Below, in pieces: positions 60,073-64,000 of a stretch of 64,000 nt of DNA. Source of the DNA: Nitrosopumilus sp. (lineage in GTDB: Archaea > Thermoproteota > Nitrososphaeria > Nitrososphaerales > Nitrosopumilaceae); the NCBI GenBank assembly GCA_965224195.1, contig OZ245040.1, forward strand, positions 960,001 through 1,024,000. The letters run 5' to 3'. The notes beneath the pieces were generated by a model. The model saw nothing but the letters and a program-made list of their open reading frames with translations, did not search any database and had not been told where the DNA came from. The position numbers and the translations under genes were made by a program. Each line of letters starts with the position of its first letter. The stretch's first letter is position 1.

Positions 60073-61031
60073 ATGACTGGAAAAAAAGATAATGTTGTTG
60101 CAATTTCTGAATTTTTAGAAGGGTATTCAAAACTAAATAATATTTTCAAGGATTATGGTCCCACTTTTGAAAAACTAATAACTTCTAAGCAAAAATGCCC
60201 CGATTATTGAATCCAAAAACTGCTGAGAGTATCAAAAAATCATATGACCGGCTATCTTCGTTTAGTGAAATAATTAATCAAAATAGAAATGTGTATAATT
60301 CTATATCTAATTCAGATTCATCCAAATTTTGGAAAACATATTCTTCATCATTGAAAGAAACTGTACAAGACTCTGGGAAAATCCAAAAAATAGATAAAAA
60401 AATTTCTGAAAAAATTGTTAAGGAATTAGATAATGCTAGTAAAAAATTTGATACTGCAGAAAAAGGATTTATAAAAGAGACTAAAATTGATGATGCTTCT
60501 GAGCGAATTCAAGATTATAATCTAGCAATGGCTGAGGTTGGATTAACATCCAAATATTTGACATCCATGGCAACTGATTTTTCAGATTTGTATGAAGATG
60601 GTGCCGGTAAATCAATATTGAAGAAAATCATAGAAAAATTATCTAAGATTTGGAATAGAAGCACTAAATCTATTTCAACAATTATAGACAGAATGAAAGA
60701 ATATGTTTTTGATTTGGGTGATGATATAAAATCACACTTAATAGAATTACAACAATCTCTTTCAGGAACCTTGAAATCCACTAAAAATAAAATAACTGAA
60801 ATTTTTGAAAAAATTTCTGAAAAATTTCATAAATTGATAGAAATATTGCTTCGTAAAATGTTTGAATTTCTTAACCGATTTTCTTCAATTGCAAAAACTC
60901 ATGGTTATGGAGTAACTAAAATTCAAGTCAAACTTCCTTCTATACGATTAAAACCTCATGGACTATTTCCTATTCCTATACCTACTATAGATCCACCTGA
61001 TATCATTGTGGATATCACTGCAACTCCCTAA
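60073..61031 (+). pseudogene. Helical orphan protein with an apparent one-base loss in an A5 run at 60191-60195
   Basis: ATG 60073 gives MTGKKDNVVAISEFLEGYSK...SKQK; adding one A joins it to the 60195-61031 ORF. Confidence 0.55.
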
Positions 61032-61122
61032 AACTAATTGAAGAGTAGACTATTCTTCCCGCGAAGAGTAAAAGAATAGTTATAACCGATAATCCTAAAA
61101 TTAACTTCTTTCAATTCTTGGT

Positions 61123-61314
61123 ATGGGAGGTTATGGGGATTGTGGAATCTGTAAAGAATACAAACTTCTCACAGAACACCATGCTAAAGAGTTAGGAAAA
61201 GATTCAACTGGTAATTTCCCTGTAATTATGATTTGTAATGAATGTCATGTATTTCATGAAAAGTATGTTAATTTGCTAAAAGATAGACATGGTTATGATC
61301 CTGATAAAGAGTAA
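61123..61314 (+). CDS. Minimal HNH-like zinc-binding protein
   Basis: CGIC...LTEHH...ICNECH. Confidence 0.55.
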   Translation: MGGYGDCGICKEYKLLTEHHAKELGKDSTGNFPVIMICNECHVFHEKYVNLLKDRHGYDPDKE

Positions 61315-61551
61315 AAGATAATTTTCTTGATATGTACTAAAAACCAGAATGATGAAAAAACAAAAATCTAGTCCTTCAAAATCTAATTTTCAACCATCTA
61401 CTCTAGTTGATTTAATATTTTTCGGTAAACATGATTAAAAAAATGATTTTAGACTTTTCTAATTAATTTAATTTTAAAATTTTAAATGATTGTTTTAATC
61501 TCTTAGTTGATTTCTAAAAAATATCTAGTTTGTATAGATTTTGCTTAAATA

Positions 61552-62604
61552 ATGGAAATACTCTTTGGTTTGAATATGTGTTCAAGTTATTTTCGGTTTA
61601 ATTTGATATTGGGAAATACGGTGTTATTGGTTATTTCTTTATTTTTTAATCCTATTGACGCTCAATCTTCCGAAGATATTGATCTTGTGAAAGATGTTGT
61701 CCGGAATCAAGAAATGATAAAACATCTAGAACAGCAAATTCAACAACTTCAAGATGAGGTGTCTACAAATCTATTGTATGGTTTAATTGCTGTATTCATA
61801 TCTGTGGGTATTTCGTCAATAATTTTGTATGCTATACATACCAAAGAAACTTCTAAAGAAACCTCTCAACATCATCTACAAGATCTTAAAGATTATGCAG
61901 TAAATCCCTTACTGGAACATTTTGATACATTTTCACGCACTTGGCCTCATAAAAGAATTGAAATTGGTTGTAGGGAAAACGTAGTGACAGAAGAATCTTT
62001 AGGATATAGGCATACAAGAAATGGAATATCTGATATTGGAGGTGATTTAGTAGTTCCTCTTTTAGAGGATTTATTGGATAATCACTATAAAAAAGTCAAT
62101 GATATGTGGAAAAATATTTGTGAGTTAGCATCTGATCATAACAAATTATTAGAAAAATTCCACAGTTTGATTCAATCTAAAACAAACAAACTTTTGGAAA
62201 ATGAATTTGATGAGATCAACCGTGGGGAAAGTCCCGCATCTGATTCTACTATTGGCCAAATAAATGAATCATCAAAACAAAATTATGTTTCAGTATTGGC
62301 TAAAATGTTACTTGAGGGATTATCTGCTGATGATGTTGGATTTAATGAATCTCAAGACAAACGATCTTTGTCAATTGGTAATTCAAAAATAGGTTTCAAA
62401 CAAATTGTATATACTAACAAATCTATTATTAATCAAAATAAAGACAAAGTTTTAGAAATAACAAAAAAATTAATTGATGACAAAGAATTTGAATCATCAA
62501 AACAAATTCTACAAAATTATACTGAATTTAGAAAAAACATTGATTCTATGAATTTGGCATTGCGAAAAATATCTAAAAAAACAGTATTAAAAAAACAGTA
62601 TTAA
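61552..62604 (+). CDS. Orphan membrane-anchored helical protein; C-terminus disturbed by a tandem duplication
   Basis: Signal-like segment, coiled coil and TM LLYGLIAVFISVGISSIILY. Confidence 0.6.
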   Translation: MEILFGLNMCSSYFRFNLILGNTVLLVISLFFNPIDAQSSEDIDLVKDVVRNQEMIKHLEQQIQQLQDEVSTNLLYGLIAVFISVGISSIILYAIHTKETSKETSQHHLQDLKDYAVNPLLEHFDTFSRTWPHKRIEIGCRENVVTEESLGYRHTRNGISDIGGDLVVPLLEDLLDNHYKKVNDMWKNICELASDHNKLLEKFHSLIQSKTNKLLENEFDEINRGESPASDSTIGQINESSKQNYVSVLAKMLLEGLSADDVGFNESQDKRSLSIGNSKIGFKQIVYTNKSIINQNKDKVLEITKKLIDDKEFESSKQILQNYTEFRKNIDSMNLALRKISKKTVLKKQY

Positions 62605-62621
62605 AAAAACAAAGTATTTTT
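62575..62621 (+). repeat. 14-bp tandem repeat AAAAAAACAGTATT x2 plus a degenerate third copy
   Basis: Read directly from the sequence. Confidence 0.8.
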
Positions 62622-62797
62622 AAAAAATGTGAATATCTGAAAGAAGATATTTGATTTAGAATCCCTAGTCAAATTTGCACGGTCTATAATTCTAATTTAT
62701 GAGGTTAACATGATTCTAAACTCATCTCGCCATCTTTGCTTGTATTAATTGGAATCTTGATTGTTGAATTAAGGTTCAATTTGAAACCTAAAATTCT

Positions 62798-62826
62798 AAA
62801 AATGGGTACAAATTACACCCATTTTT
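62798..62826. other. Perfect 10-bp inverted repeat between convergent genes
   Basis: AAAAATGGGT-N9-ACCCATTTTT. Confidence 0.5.
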
Positions 62827-62872
62827 GATACATGGGTTCCTAAATTTTTAAAATTATTTTTTTTATCAATTC

Positions 62873-63582
62873 CTAAATAACATAGTTTGTTCGATCGATC
62901 CGGGCTATCGAATTTACAGTGACATCGTTATGTGCTAATATCAAATCTAAAACATCTACAATTTTGTCAAGGAAAAATATGATGTCTTCCCAATGCACAT
63001 GTTCTACGGATGTATTGTGTGTGAAATTAAATGTATGTCCCTCTATAGTTCTACTCTCATTTTGATTTTGATATCCTACAAAAAGACCTCCGTTATGAAG
63101 AGAATTTCTGACAATGGATGGGAGAATTAGTTTATCTATGTTTTCCTGCGTGTCTAATCTTAATCCTTTCAAAACATCATTGCACACATTAAAGTAGCCA
63201 TTACCTGACGGTGTAATCCCCAAGCGGTTCTAATCTCTTTTAAGAAAACTTCAAAATCAAATAAAAAAGTAGTAAGAATTTGACGTTTGGTAAATATTAT
63301 GGCATTTTTTCGAAGTCTTTCTATTGCATCATTTGAATTATTAGGAAATATCTCTTGAATTGGTTTTGCTTTTTGAACAAACCAAATATCTCGTAGTGCT
63401 TTTGTTTGATAAAGAAAAAAAGCTAATAATTGTTGCATATTAAAACTAGCAAATAATCTAGCATCTCTGTCTGGATAACTTTCACGTTGATGTAGTACTT
63501 CTATACGATTTCCAATTCTGTCAAATTCTTTTAGAGACCATTCTTCTGACTGTGACTCACTTCCTGAATATGTTAATGTCAA
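62873..63582 (-). pseudogene. Frameshifted HEPN-like helical protein
   Basis: Overlapping ORFs 63169-63582 and 62873-63223 join near 63223; FDFEVFLKEI upstream and IVRNSLHNGG downstream. Confidence 0.55.
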
Positions 63583-63739
63583 TAAATTTTATTATTCTAA
63601 TGTTTTAAGAGTATTTTTATTTTAACAAGATTCTAAACTATCTCCCCATCTTCATTCGGTTTTATTAGAATTTTGATTTTATTCCCAAAATTGGAACGTT
63701 TGCTGTTGGTTTATATCAAAAATATTACTATCATATTAT

Positions 63740-63880
63740 ATGAGTAAACGTGTAACAATCATGATTGATGAGGATCTTGACAAAAAATTAAGATTTCGTC
63801 AAGCAAAAATGATACAGAAAAATCAAACTTCGTTTAGCTATTCTAAAACACTGAATGAAGCATTGCGAAAAACTCTATAA
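63740..63880 (+). CDS. 46-aa ribbon-helix-helix DNA-binding protein (not in ORF track)
   Basis: MSKRVTIMIDEDLDKKLRFRQAKMIQKNQTSFSYSKTLNEALRKTL. Confidence 0.75.
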   Translation: MSKRVTIMIDEDLDKKLRFRQAKMIQKNQTSFSYSKTLNEALRKTL

Positions 63881-64000
63881 TTTTGTACCTAAAATGATGA
63901 TTTTTTTTATGTTTTGAGAGATTTTTTTTATTTTAAATCTATGACTTTTTTGATTTTTTCTGATATCTCTGGCTTTTCATTTTGTTCTAGTAAAAATTTG

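Larger units (their letters stand above)
50820..64000. other. Accessory/hypervariable genomic island, open to the right
   Basis: Housekeeping genes stop after tfb; orphan ORFs, long intergenic gaps, broken genes, an IS, nuclease-like genes and abrupt base-composition shifts. Confidence 0.75.

Noticed and set aside
50820-64000. Intact provirus or casposon
   Set aside because: No capsid, terminase, integrase, Cas1 or PolB gene in the window.

Overview
AT-rich archaeal chromosome segment. The gene set (mqnC, ubiD, cofG/cofH, class I lysS, elp3, tbp, tfb, tsr3, Sec61-beta, 'IPDWVKNNAKWW' surface domains) points to an ammonia-oxidising thaumarchaeon of the Nitrosopumilus type; this is an inference from gene content. 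Positions 1-50.7 kb are mostly housekeeping genes with two tRNAs (Arg-GCG, Pro-TGG), several small proteins missed by the ORF track, and a few genes broken by stops or frameshifts (pmbA/tldE-like and two hypotheticals). From about 50.8 kb to the end is an accessory island with orphan ORFs, GIY-YIG, HNH-like, HEPN-like and RHH genes, a decayed IS5-family element, and a 5.3-kb GC-richer NHL/FN3 surface-protein gene. Best leads: (1) that gene's signal peptide is out of frame across a G10 tract, suggesting slipped-strand phase variation, and the gene also carries an 18-bp VNTR, duplicated modules and related end motifs; (2) a pair of disordered KGTLPKG/VTGY-repeat proteins with near-identical central DNA; (3) a secreted protein whose C-terminal domain resembles phage tail-tube/Hcp proteins; (4) an unannotated, strongly base-paired 79-nt intergenic element. 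All calls come from reading the sequence; no searches were run.
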